DNA from: an uncultured Oscillospiraceae bacterium
GTDB taxonomy: Bacteria > Bacillota > Clostridia > Oscillospirales > Oscillospiraceae
DNA: 45,410 nucleotides
Reading direction: 5' to 3'
Assembly (NCBI GenBank): GCA_964634065.1
Contig: CAZWID010000001.1
Span: 1-45,410 of the forward strand
The notes beneath the pieces are model-generated. The model saw nothing but the letters and a program-made list of their open reading frames with translations. It did no database searches and had not been told where the DNA came from. Made by a program: the position numbers and the translations under genes. Positions 18,130-27,500 of this stretch are shown one piece after another. Numbering within the stretch: position 1 is the stretch's first letter; each line of letters opens with the position of its first letter.

Positions 18130-21100
18130 CTTCACATTGGAGTACATATACTTGCCCGCTGCGGTGACCGCGTAGTATACGGTATCGGCATCGCTTGCGA
18201 TTGCGTTGGGCTTATAGGTAATCTCCTGTCCGCTTGCACTTGCGACACCGGACTTGAGGGTTACGCTGTTCATGCTGAGGTTGCTGTCGGACTTGAGCTC
18301 GGTCTTGCTGATGCCGGAGATGGGGTATCCGACATTGACGGATACGGGGAGACCGTAGTCAATGATGACATTCTTCTGCTCTGCGGGCTTTACATTGTAG
18401 GTATTGACCGCATTGACCGTCGTGATACCGCCGGAGAGCGTACCGGAAAGTCCGGTGCTGCCCTTGTAGGACAGTGTGTAGTATTCCTTCGGGGTCTCGG
18501 TTATGGTGTAGGTGGAGTTTTGCGCAAGCTGCTCAATGACTACACGGTAGCCGTCCTTGAAGGTGCCGAGCTGAGCGGAGCTGAGGGTCACGGTCTGATT
18601 TGCCGAAGTGATGTTGACGACGCCGTTTTTGACCTTGTTATTTGCCGCATCGTAAACGGTGTAGTACACTTCGTCGAAGTCGCGGCTTGCTATCTTGAGC
18701 GTGATGTTGAATGCGAAGGTGTCGCCGGTGGGTGCGGTGAAGGCGGAGCCTGCCGCAGTGACTACATTCTTCTTGAGGATGAGAGTGGTCGTTCCGGTGT
18801 TCCAAACCGCGGAGAAGTGGATATCCTCATTGAGGGTAAGTCCGGTGATGTATTTGCTCGAATCGTCGGGATCGACAAACTGACCCTTTGCGGAATCGTA
18901 CTTGTAGAACTTACCGTCGCTGCCCTGATAGCCGACGAAGGTCACGGTCTGACCGTAGGCGTCGACGACACTGATGTTGGAGGGATATGCGGGGATGCCG
19001 GATACGAACTGACCCTGCTTTGCGTTGCCGCCGTCGGGCATAGTGCCGGTTATGACATATTCATCTCTGTTCAGACCGACGTCATAGGAATAGCTGACCG
19101 TGGTCTTGGACTTGAGGTAGCAGTCGATGTGCCAACCGACGCCGGTACCGTGCTGAATCTTTACGACATAGGGAATGAGCTCGTAGTTATCGGCTTCGGA
19201 AGCCGCGATGCCCTTATCGGCAAGGAACAGAGTCTTGACGAGATCCCAGTCGGCGTCGCTCATGTCGATATAGTCTCTGGGATAGTACTGAACACCGTTG
19301 ACGGTGGAGAGCGAAACGCCCCATGTACCGCCGTCATTATTGGACTTCATGAATGCTTCGGAGTCGAAAATACTGCTCTTTATGAAGGATGCGCCGTTTT
19401 CCATGAAGATATCGCCGCCGGTGACCTTATAGTTCACGCCGCCGATGGTCAGATTGGGAGTTGCGCCGTTGGTGTTCTTGGTTATGTAACGCCAACCGTA
19501 GTTCACTGCTATGCACGGCTCTGTGGGGTATGCGCCGTCTATATTTGCAATGCAGGTGAGGTAAACGGGATACGTGGTGTTATTGAGAACGCCGTTGTCT
19601 TTGTTATCGTAGCTCCACTGTGCATAGAGGGTGGTGGGACCATCGAGGCGCAACGTTCCCGTATTTGCACCATGTTTTATTTCACCCGTAACGTTCTCCA
19701 TCCAACCGATAATATCGGAATTATCGTGGTTTACTCCTGTTGCGCCTGTACCGCCCTTCTTCGCCTCGTTGTAGAAAACTGTGTTGGAAACAACGGTTCC
19801 GCCATCAGCACGAACGACAGCAGTTAAAATATAGCAATTCTTATGATCATTTATACCGTCCTCATGGAAGAAATCGTTTGAACAAAAGGTTACTTCATAA
19901 CCCCAAATCGCATAAAGAGTAATATCTGAGGTCGGTGTGAAAGTTGTTCCTGCGGAATAAACGTCATCACCATCCGGAGATGTGCTCCAACCCATAAACA
20001 CTGCTGAGGTTCCGGGACCGGTAAATGCGTTTGCACTCAGAGTAATACCGCTTCCCTTGGCAACAGTCTGCGCTGCCATACTTCCGGTGCCGCCATTGGC
20101 GTTGTAGGTAACGGTGTATGCAGGAGTTACGGTTATAGTTGAGTTGTCACGCAGACAGTAAAGCTCCCCTGTAGCTTTATCTTTCCAATAATAGTAGCAA
20201 GTTATTACCGCTGTTCCTTCGGAGTTGCAAGTAACATTGCCGCTATTGTCAACGCTTGCAACTTCGGGGTTACTTGATACCCAACGATAGTCCGTACTTT
20301 CATCATAGCGATAGTTGTTGCGCGGTGTTGCTGTGAGTTTTATTGTACTCATTCCCGCAATCCCGCTATCTTTTTTAGGAGAAACAGTCATACCAACATT
20401 TATTGTTGACTTGCTATAAAGTGTGAGGAGCCTATCTGCCGATGAATCTCCATCATCGGACTGTTGCTTTGACCAAGCTCCGGAAGTAGTAACATGGACT
20501 CTTTTTATACTTGTTGTTATACCTTTGTATGCTATTATCAAGCTGTAAGTACTGTCACCTGCATATGTCCTGTCAAAAGTGAACCATGCTTTCGACGTTC
20601 CACTGGTATTGACACTACTCTGCGCTTGAAGTCGCGTATCATTTGTTAGATTAAATCTGTCAGCATGATACCACGCAAGATAACTTTGACCATTATTATT
20701 TGTCCAAGTGTAGTCTTCCTCGCTTCCGTTAAGTTTCCATTTAATGGACGCCAATTTGCTATCAGCTACTCTCAAATAAGGAGCACTGTTATCCGGCGCA
20801 ACATTAACTGTAACTTCCGTGCTACCTATATCATTTCCGTTGCCTTTATTGGTCATAGCATAGCGGGTTTCAGCAGCAGGGCTCGTCGGTGCTTTTCTTG
20901 TAACAATATATTCAGTGCCGTTGGAAAGTTGGCTACGAGTAACGGCTTTCCAAACGCTCATTGTTAAGTCCTGTCCGATTTCATTCATATGATTAGAATC
21001 AAGACTTGCAAGCACAGTTATGCTCTTGCTCGTTTTAAGCTCATAATTTTTGCCGCCATCAGTCCATGTAAATGTACAGATAATATTTGCTGTACCTTCT

Positions 21101-22029
21101 CCTTGAGTAGTAACATAACCGTTGGTGGGATTTACCGTAGCAACAGCCGTATTGTCGGATGACCATGTAATGGTTTGATTAGAACCATAGGTGTATCCGG
21201 TATAATTTGTTGGTACAGTAGTGGCATAAGTCGAGTGTGTCGTCAGATTACCAAGGTTATCATTCAGAACAGCCTTATACTGAATCTTGTCTCCACTGAT
21301 AACTTGATTATTGCCCGATATTTCAATAGAAAGTTTTAGATCCTGCTTCTCGAACAAATAAGTATTTGTTGCTTTGTTTTCCAGACTTCCGCCTTTACTT
21401 ATAGCAGTCCAATATCCTTCATCTTTATAGTAAGACAAAATCTTATCGTTAGTATTGGCTCCATATACGAGTTTTGTTTCTCCGGTATTCGTATTGACAA
21501 CCTGTACATCCTTAAAGGTATACCAACCGCTGAGTGAACCGTCATTTTTGGGTTTGGAGGTAACGCCGCTGATACGGTACTTGTCTTTTACGCCGCTTAT
21601 CGCACCGGTATAGTGCCATGCAAGATAACGGTTGTTAGCCTGATTGCGCCAATACCAACCTCTGTCGGCACTAAGCGACCAAAGCTCGTTAGAGCTGACA
21701 TTACTATTTATATAGTAGGGCATACCTACCGTACCCTTAGAGATAGACTGCTCCCTGTATCCGGGGTCACTGCCGTTAAGATTCAAAATGCGCACGGTAT
21801 TATTGTCTTTAGGTGAGCTTATAATGTAAGTTCTCCCGGCACTTTGTATATATGCCGGTGCCCAGACGTTCGAGATAGTAACCGACTGTCCCGAAACGGT
21901 GGTCGCCGTCGTATCGTTGGAAGTGACTGCCGCGGCTGCCTCATAGCTCGTTATGGGTATCATCGAGAAAAGCGAAAATACCATGAGCAGACAAAGCAGC
22001 ATCGACAGTGCCCGTTTCACATTTGTCAT
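16846..22029 (-). CDS. giant secreted multidomain protein A (1727 aa; Big_2-like Ig domains, Listeria-Bacteroides/Flg_new repeat, C-terminal beta-sandwich module shared with protein B)
   Basis: Start moved to ATG 22029 (SD GGGAGGAG 7 nt upstream), giving signal peptide MTNVKRALSMLLCLLMVFSLFSMIPITSYEAAAA. Big_2-like ITWSSDNTAVATVNPTNGYVTTQGEGTANI and RWVSSNPEVASVDNSGNVTCNSEGTAVI. No LPXTG, SLH or dockerin seen. Confidence 0.9.
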   Translation of the reverse strand: MTNVKRALSMLLCLLMVFSLFSMIPITSYEAAAAVTSNDTTATTVSGQSVTISNVWAPAYIQSAGRTYIISSPKDNNTVRILNLNGSDPGYREQSISKGTVGMPYYINSNVSSNELWSLSADRGWYWRNQANNRYLAWHYTGAISGVKDKYRISGVTSKPKNDGSLSGWYTFKDVQVVNTNTGETKLVYGANTNDKILSYYKDEGYWTAISKGGSLENKATNTYLFEKQDLKLSIEISGNNQVISGDKIQYKAVLNDNLGNLTTHSTYATTVPTNYTGYTYGSNQTITWSSDNTAVATVNPTNGYVTTQGEGTANIICTFTWTDGGKNYELKTSKSITVLASLDSNHMNEIGQDLTMSVWKAVTRSQLSNGTEYIVTRKAPTSPAAETRYAMTNKGNGNDIGSTEVTVNVAPDNSAPYLRVADSKLASIKWKLNGSEEDYTWTNNNGQSYLAWYHADRFNLTNDTRLQAQSSVNTSGTSKAWFTFDRTYAGDSTYSLIIAYKGITTSIKRVHVTTSGAWSKQQSDDGDSSADRLLTLYSKSTINVGMTVSPKKDSGIAGMSTIKLTATPRNNYRYDESTDYRWVSSNPEVASVDNSGNVTCNSEGTAVITCYYYWKDKATGELYCLRDNSTITVTPAYTVTYNANGGTGSMAAQTVAKGSGITLSANAFTGPGTSAVFMGWSTSPDGDDVYSAGTTFTPTSDITLYAIWGYEVTFCSNDFFHEDGINDHKNCYILTAVVRADGGTVVSNTVFYNEAKKGGTGATGVNHDNSDIIGWMENVTGEIKHGANTGTLRLDGPTTLYAQWSYDNKDNGVLNNTTYPVYLTCIANIDGAYPTEPCIAVNYGWRYITKNTNGATPNLTIGGVNYKVTGGDIFMENGASFIKSSIFDSEAFMKSNNDGGTWGVSLSTVNGVQYYPRDYIDMSDADWDLVKTLFLADKGIAASEADNYELIPYVVKIQHGTGVGWHIDCYLKSKTTVSYSYDVGLNRDEYVITGTMPDGGNAKQGQFVSGIPAYPSNISVVDAYGQTVTFVGYQGSDGKFYKYDSAKGQFVDPDDSSKYITGLTLNEDIHFSAVWNTGTTTLILKKNVVTAAGSAFTAPTGDTFAFNITLKIASRDFDEVYYTVYDAANNKVKNGVVNITSANQTVTLSSAQLGTFKDGYRVVIEQLAQNSTYTITETPKEYYTLSYKGSTGLSGTLSGGITTVNAVNTYNVKPAEQKNVIIDYGLPVSVNVGYPISGISKTELKSDSNLSMNSVTLKSGVASASGQEITYKPNAIASDADTVYYAVTAAGKYMYSNVKIIPATSVYYEDSFVSYSGDWKAVYDDGKTDAAIAAIKQTAGEGVYGYDAAYGEYTNYSLGKAMSVTVAKGGNTATAQFTFTGTGFELYSATTASQGGFKVSVYDAQGKMVGMKQMISTRSADSYWQIPVFEETSLAYGTYTVKIEVAYSTALDLTAADGTRLGSVSFILDGIRVYNNKLNETYGDIYAADGEYNAQYIDVRDALISANSFNSANGSVSGAVYIDGRPAKNADGSYKVDSKGNLVVDHKITTSSVAEDYKNYGPKNEVYLATGQGIAFKLSNMSNVVGVHIGLKSADGKAVSVAVNGKTIGVNSSTEMYYAVTASDGKIVIVNNGTGIVSVTSVKVTYAKGTAQSASLIADTELCGYAAAQLSSIPAGEGYTYVEPTEPEDVLKSAPAGSIKIAATEKAIDASITIGKLVEGTIGGGK
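19900..20122 (-). other. Listeria-Bacteroides repeat (Flg_new-like) domain within protein A
   Basis: YTVTYNANGGTGSMAAQTVAKGSGITLSANAFTGPGTSAVFMGWSTSPDGDDVYSAGTTFTPTSDITLYAIWG matches the Y.V.Y.ANGG...F.GW.....Y.......LYA.W pattern. Coordinates are approximate. Confidence 0.7.
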
Positions 22030-22632
22030 AAGTAAACTCCTCCCCATGTGTTTTGCGTTTGCCGATTTCGATTTTATCGTTTTTGTTCTGCGAAATGCGG
22101 CGGATTTTGCGGTTTTCTTCTGATAGGCATAAAGTTTAAAATCCACGTATTTCCACTCACAGAGCAAAAGATTCGGCATTTCTGCCGCAAGTGTAAATAC
22201 GATTCCAACCTATCATCTTATTTAACATTTATAATATATCAGTGTCACCATTAAATTACAAGTAAACAAATTGGCATTTTTTATCTACGTTTTGGCATTT
22301 TGACGATTTACATAATACTTTTTATGGCGGAATTATGGGGTGTTTTGTGCACTTTTTTCGACTTTTCTTCTTGCCTTTTATTTACAAAACAGGGGGGGTG
22401 GTCTGTTGGTGAACATTTTGAGTCGGTTTGTCGGTTTGATGTTCAATAATTGTGAAGAAATTTTTGTTAAAAATAACGAAAGTATTTTTTAGTTGATTTT
22501 CAGCTTGACGAAGCAGTGAGATGCTTTTTTGGGCTCACCGCAAAGGGTGCGCTGTCGGCGTCTTGTCGACAACCGATAGGACATTTAGTCCGCGCTCTGC
22601 CGTTCTGATTAACACTTTTGCAGATTCAAGTA

Positions 22633-22670
22633 CGTCGCAGGCGGCGGACTCATGAGTCCGCCCTACGACG
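22633..22670. repeat. REP-like palindrome 1 (20-nt perfect palindrome GGCGGACTCATGAGTCCGCC with outer CGTCG/CGACG arms)
   Basis: The perfect palindrome is at 22643..22662. It is the first member of an about 80-nt imperfect direct repeat (22642..22720 vs 22838..22918). Confidence 0.8.
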
Positions 22671-22757
22671 GTGCCGACAGTTTTAATTACTGCTGTGCGG
22701 TGATTAACAACGAAAAATCGACCGACGGTGATTAAAACTACTGCCATTGCATTGTAG

Positions 22758-22777
22758 GGAAGGGTCATGACCCTTCC
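22758..22777. repeat. REP-like palindrome 2 (GGAAGGGTCATGACCCTTCC)
   Basis: Perfect 20-nt palindrome with the same TCATGA centre as the other two. Confidence 0.8.
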
Positions 22778-22837
22778 GCCCGTAGCACACTTAGTTTTAA
22801 GAAAGTATTAAAAAAGAAGAACGCAGTGCAGGTTCAG

Positions 22838-22918
22838 CGGCGGACTCATGAGTCCGTCCTACGACAGTGCCGACAATATAAATAATTGCGCTGCGATAAT
22901 TTGGAGCGGAAAAATTCG
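22838..22918. repeat. REP-like element 3 (second copy of the about 80-nt unit; palindrome CGGACTCATGAGTCCG at 22841..22856)
   Basis: CGGCGGACTCATGAGTCCGtCCTACGACaGTGCCGACA aligns with 22642..22679, followed by a looser AT-rich tail. Confidence 0.75.
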
Positions 22919-22986
22919 TGCATACGAAAAACGGCACAGCGGAGTACGCCATGCCGATTTCGTTTGCTTTATGCTGTTTTCGTATT

Positions 22987-23244
22987 TTAGGAGTTAAAGA
23001 GCATTTCGTTTGTTGACGGAACCTGATAGCAATATAGTGATCCGTCCGCTCCCGGGTGGGTATTGCAACCGATTGCGGTGTCGAGGAACAGGAAGTCGCC
23101 GCCGCCGGCATCGACCTTGCAGGTCGTGTACGATACGGCATAGATCGTGTCCTGATACAGCTTGTTGCCGCAGTTTCCCGCTATCGAGCTGCTCAGCTCA
23201 TACTCCTCGAAATACAAGGCGGGCTTTTCATAGCTTCTTTTCAT
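22987..23244 (-). CDS. 85-aa four-Cys protein, copy B
   Basis: Same TAATG coupling and embedded SD as copy A. The protein is identical except H63 in place of S63. Confidence 0.85.
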   Translation of the reverse strand: MKRSYEKPALYFEEYELSSSIAGNCGNKLYQDTIYAVSYTTCKVDAGGGDFLFLDTAIGCNTHPGADGSLYCYQVPSTNEMLFNS

Positions 23245-24527
23245 TACTTGCCACCTCCGATTGTTCCTTCGACGAGTTTTCCTATCGTTATCGATGCATC
23301 TATCGCCTTTTCCGTCGCCGCTATCTTTATGCTTCCTGCGGGTGCGGATTTCAGCACGTCTTCCGGCTCCGTCGGTTCAACGTAGGTGTAGCCCTCTCCT
23401 GCGGGGATACTCGACAGCTGCGCCGCCGCGTAACCGCACAGCTCCGTATCCGCTATGAGACTTGCACTCTGTGCCGTACCCTTTGCATAGGTCACCTTCA
23501 CGCTTGTCACCGATACGATGCCCGTGCCGTTATTAACGATTACTATCTTGCCGTCACTTGCCGTCACCGCATAGTACATTTCGGTGCTGCTGTTTACGCC
23601 GATCGTCTTGCCGTTTACCGCTACCGATACCGCCTTGCCGTCCGCGCTCTTGAGTCCGATATGTACACCGACGACATTGCTCATATTGCTCAGCTTAAAC
23701 GCTATGCCCTGTCCCGTCGCAAGATATACTTCGTTCTTCGGTCCGTAGTTCTTGTAATCCTCCGCTACGCTCGAGGTCGTTATCTTATGGTCCACTACCA
23801 GGTTGCCCTTAGAGTCTACCTTGTAGCTGCCGTCTGCGTTCTTCGCGGGACGTCCGTCGATATACACCGCTCCCGATACGCTGCCGTTTGCACTGTTGAA
23901 GCTGTTTGCCGAAATCAGTGCGTCTCTGACGTCGATGTACTGTGCGTTGTATTCGCCGTCCGCTGCGTAGATGTCGCCGTAGGTCTCGTTCAGCTTATTG
24001 TTGTATACTCTGATACCGTCCAGTATGAAGCTTACGCTGCCGAGTCTTGTTCCGTCGGCTGCGGTGAGGTCAAGTGCCGTCGAGTATGCGACCTCGATCT
24101 TCACGGTGTAGGTGCCGTAGGCAAGAGACGTTTCCTCGAATACGGGGATCTGCCAATAGCTGTCCGCCGATCTCGTCGATATCATCTGCTTCATGCCGAC
24201 CATTTTTCCCTGCGCGTCGTATACGCTGACCTTGAAGCCGCCCTGCGACGCAGTCGTTGCGGAGTAGAGCTCAAAGCCCGTTCCGGTGAAGGTGAACTGT
24301 GCGGTCGCGGTATTGCCGCCCTTGGCGACGGTGACGCTCATCGCCTTGCCGAGTGAGTAATTGGTGTACTCGCCGTAGGCTGCGTCGTAGCCGTATACGC
24401 CTTCGCCTGCCGTCTGCTTTATCGCCGCTATTGCCGCATCGGTCTTGCCGTCGTCGTACACCGCTTTCCAATCGCCGCTGTAGCTTACGAAGCTGTCCTC
24501 ATAGTATACGCTCGTTGCGGGGATGAT
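22987..24527 (-). repeat. direct repeat copy B (1541 bp)
   Basis: Partner of 16589..18129; see that entry. Confidence 0.9.
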
Positions 24528-27500
24528 GTTGACCTCGGCATATTTATAGCCGCTGTCGACCTTTGCGGAGTAGTATACGCTGTCCTTATCTGCAAGCAGC
24601 TTGTTTGCCGTGTAGGTCAGTTCGTCATCGTTCAGTACCGCAGTACCGTACTTGGTGTCGGCGGATTTTGCGCCCTTAAACTCATCGCTGCCGCTGATTC
24701 CGGTATTGAGCGTCGTTTTGGGTGCGCTTGCGCTTATGCCGGATGCGTTGCCGACAAGCTCTATCGTTACGGGGAGACCGAAGTCAAGCACCGTATCGCT
24801 TCCGCTGACGCCCGCCTTGACGATTACCGTCACATAGCTCTCATAGGTCTTGCCGCCGAGAGTATAGCTGAGCTTCAAGGTGACGGAGGTATCCTTGCCG
24901 TTAAACGTAAGCTTTGCCGTTCTGCTCGTTGCGTCACCGAGAGTCGCTCCGTCGGCTTCGTCGCTGACGACAGTCCATGCATAGCTTCCGCTCGCCATAT
25001 CGAGGTCTGCCGCGCCGATGCCTACGGGCTGCGCCGTGAGGCTTAGGGTATCGTTCGGGTTAATGCCGTTTATGAGCTTATAGTCGGGGTACGCCCCGGT
25101 CTCGGTGTCGACGGTGTCGCTGCCTATCTGAATGTCGACAAATGCGGTGACGGAGGTTATCACAACGGAGTCGGAGCAGTAGGTAACGCCGTCTTTGACA
25201 TATGCCGCAGTGAGTGTCGCCGTGCCGCTCTGGGAGCCGAGGGACAACGTTGCATCACTGCCGTTGCCGGAAACGGTGAATACCGAGCTGTCGGAGCTCG
25301 TCCATACCCACGCGCCGCCTGCGGGAAGTGCCGCAAGAGGTACGCTGCTGTAGGTCACGGATACGTCCTTGGTAACGTTTGCAACGAAATTGTCGATGCT
25401 GTAAGCGTCGGGGTAGTAACCGTCGATGCAAATGTCCGCACTGTAGATAATATTGGTGACGGTCGCGGTATCGCTCATGGTGTAGGTCGTGCCGTCAAGC
25501 TCCGTCCAAGTCAGCGTCATGGTGATATTCGCTGTACCGCCCTGGCCGCCGAGGACAAGGTTTCCGTCGGAATCGACCTTTGCGACCGCTTCGTTATCGC
25601 TTGTCCAACTTACGCTGCGGTTCTGACCGAAAGTATAGCCGGTAAAGGAACCGTAGCTTGCAAATGCGTTATCGGTGAGAATGTTTTCGTTTCTGCCCGT
25701 GCTCGTCATCGTCGGTGAGTTGAGCATATTGTCGGAAACGTTATAGCTGAAACTCACCGCAGTGCCCGCGGTGCCGTTATAGAAGGTCTGCTCCTTGCTC
25801 TGATCGAGGATCTTGAGGAAGGTATCGGCACTTGCAGCCGCATAAAGTGTGACGAGGTTACCGGCATCGCTGCCGTCGTGTGCATGGTCTGCGTATCGGA
25901 TACCGCGGAAGCTGTATCCGCTTACGACGTCGTCCCAGTTATTCTTGTTCGGGACATCGTAGAAGAAGCTCAAATATCTGTCGGAGTTGCCGGGGAATAC
26001 CGAGCCGTAACGAATATAGCTCTTATAGGAAGTGTTACTGTCAAGCGGAGAAATGGTATTGAAGCTGTACCAATCACTGAAGCCGCCGGAAACGCCGTTC
26101 AGTCCGACGCTCTTTCTGACACCGGTGTCGTATACATCGGGTGTATAGAGTGCAGGGAAATAATAACCGAGGTACAGGTCACTGTATTTGTAGTTCTGCC
26201 ATTTGATCTCCGACTGCGTTGCGGTGGTCTGCTGCCAGAATGCAGCCTTATAGCTGTCGGCTTCGGGAACGACCGTAACGCCGTCGGACGCCGTGGTCGA
26301 TGCTATCGCAAAATACGGTGCGCCCTGCGTACCTCTTTGCAGAGTCGTTTGAAGCAGAACAAAGTCGGCTATCGGGTTTCCGTATACCGCACCTCTCCTC
26401 GAAGAACCTATGCCGCTGCCCTCCGGACTTGAGGTCTCACTGCCGTCGGTTGCCATGAGGACTATGTTACCCTGCTGATCGCTGCTTCCCGCGGGAAGGT
26501 TCTCGTCACTGCCGAAGAAGTAATAGCTTGCGCCGTCGGTTGCCGTTGTCGCAACGTAGAGGTTCTTGACCGTTGCCTGCAAATTTGCGGCATCGCCCGT
26601 CGGTACGCTCTTGAATATGCTTATGGGAACGCTGCTTGCGACAACGTTCTGACCTGCCACCGTATAGTGAATGTGATCCGTTGTATATGCGTCGGCAAGA
26701 ACATACTGGTTCTCGTATCCGCTGCGCTGAGTGCCAAGCTGATCGCTTACGGGAATGTATCCGAAGGAGTAGCCGTCAATGGGATCGACCGTCATGTAAT
26801 CGCCGTCGATATAGTCGGTCGCATTCTCCGCAAGCCATGCATTGACTTCGAGACGGACGCTCTCCATCTTCGCTATCGTCGCTTCGTCGGTGGTGACAGT
26901 GTCTCCGCGAGTGTAGCCTATCCACGGAGTAATATCGAAGAAGTATATCTCTATTCCCTTTGCATGGGCTGCCGAAATGAGCTGCTTATAGGCATTGATT
27001 ATCTCCTGTGCACTCGGAGTACCGTCAAAATACTGTGCGAGATTGGAGCAGTTGGGGTGCACGATATCGTTGACACCGATCTTGACGAAAACCTTTTTCA
27101 CACCGGAAAGGCTCAGTGCGTCCATATCGAAGCGGTCAAGAAGCGCATCGCCCTCGAGGGGACCGTCGCCTCCGACACCGTCGGCAAGAAGCTCATTGCC
27201 CTTTATGCCCGCACCGAGAACCGCAACGTTTGTCACGTTCTCGCCTCTGAGCTTCGACTGGAGCAGCGAAGGAATGTAGTTCGTGACGGTGGAGTCACCG
27301 ATGACCATGACGCTGTATGCGCTACTGTCGGTCGTCTTGACCTCAAGGCAGTTGAGCAGCGGAGTGATATTGTAATCTCCGGTATTGGCATCCTGCTTTG
27401 TAAGCTTGCCGAGTGCGCCGTATGTCCATTCCTCATTGTCCATCTGATCGCCGCGCCAACAGTAGGATATGCTCCCCGTGAGACCTGCGTCACGGACTTC

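Noticed and set aside
22030-22179. 50-codon N-terminal extension of giant gene A in the ORF track. There is a similar 10-codon extension of gene B at 28026..28055.
   Set aside because: Internal ATGs at 22029 and 28025 are each preceded by a strong SD and begin typical Lys/Arg-plus-hydrophobic signal peptides. The extensions start at weaker or alternative codons without an SD.
22271-22398. Direct repeat TTGGCATTTT twice (22271 and 22292, 21 nt apart) and a G7 run (22392..22398) upstream of giant gene A, considered as an operator or a phase-variable promoter tract.
   Set aside because: A 10-nt repeat occurring twice and a 7-nt homopolymer 240-370 nt from the start codon are too weak to call without TSS data. 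I could not place a convincing -35/-10 pair around them.
22535-23141. Minus-strand ORFs of 77 aa and 114 aa in the spacer between the two modules.
   Set aside because: They run through the REP-like palindromes, which produces the repeated VGTVVGRTHESAA string. The second overlaps small ORF B out of frame. Neither has an SD or any sign of constraint.
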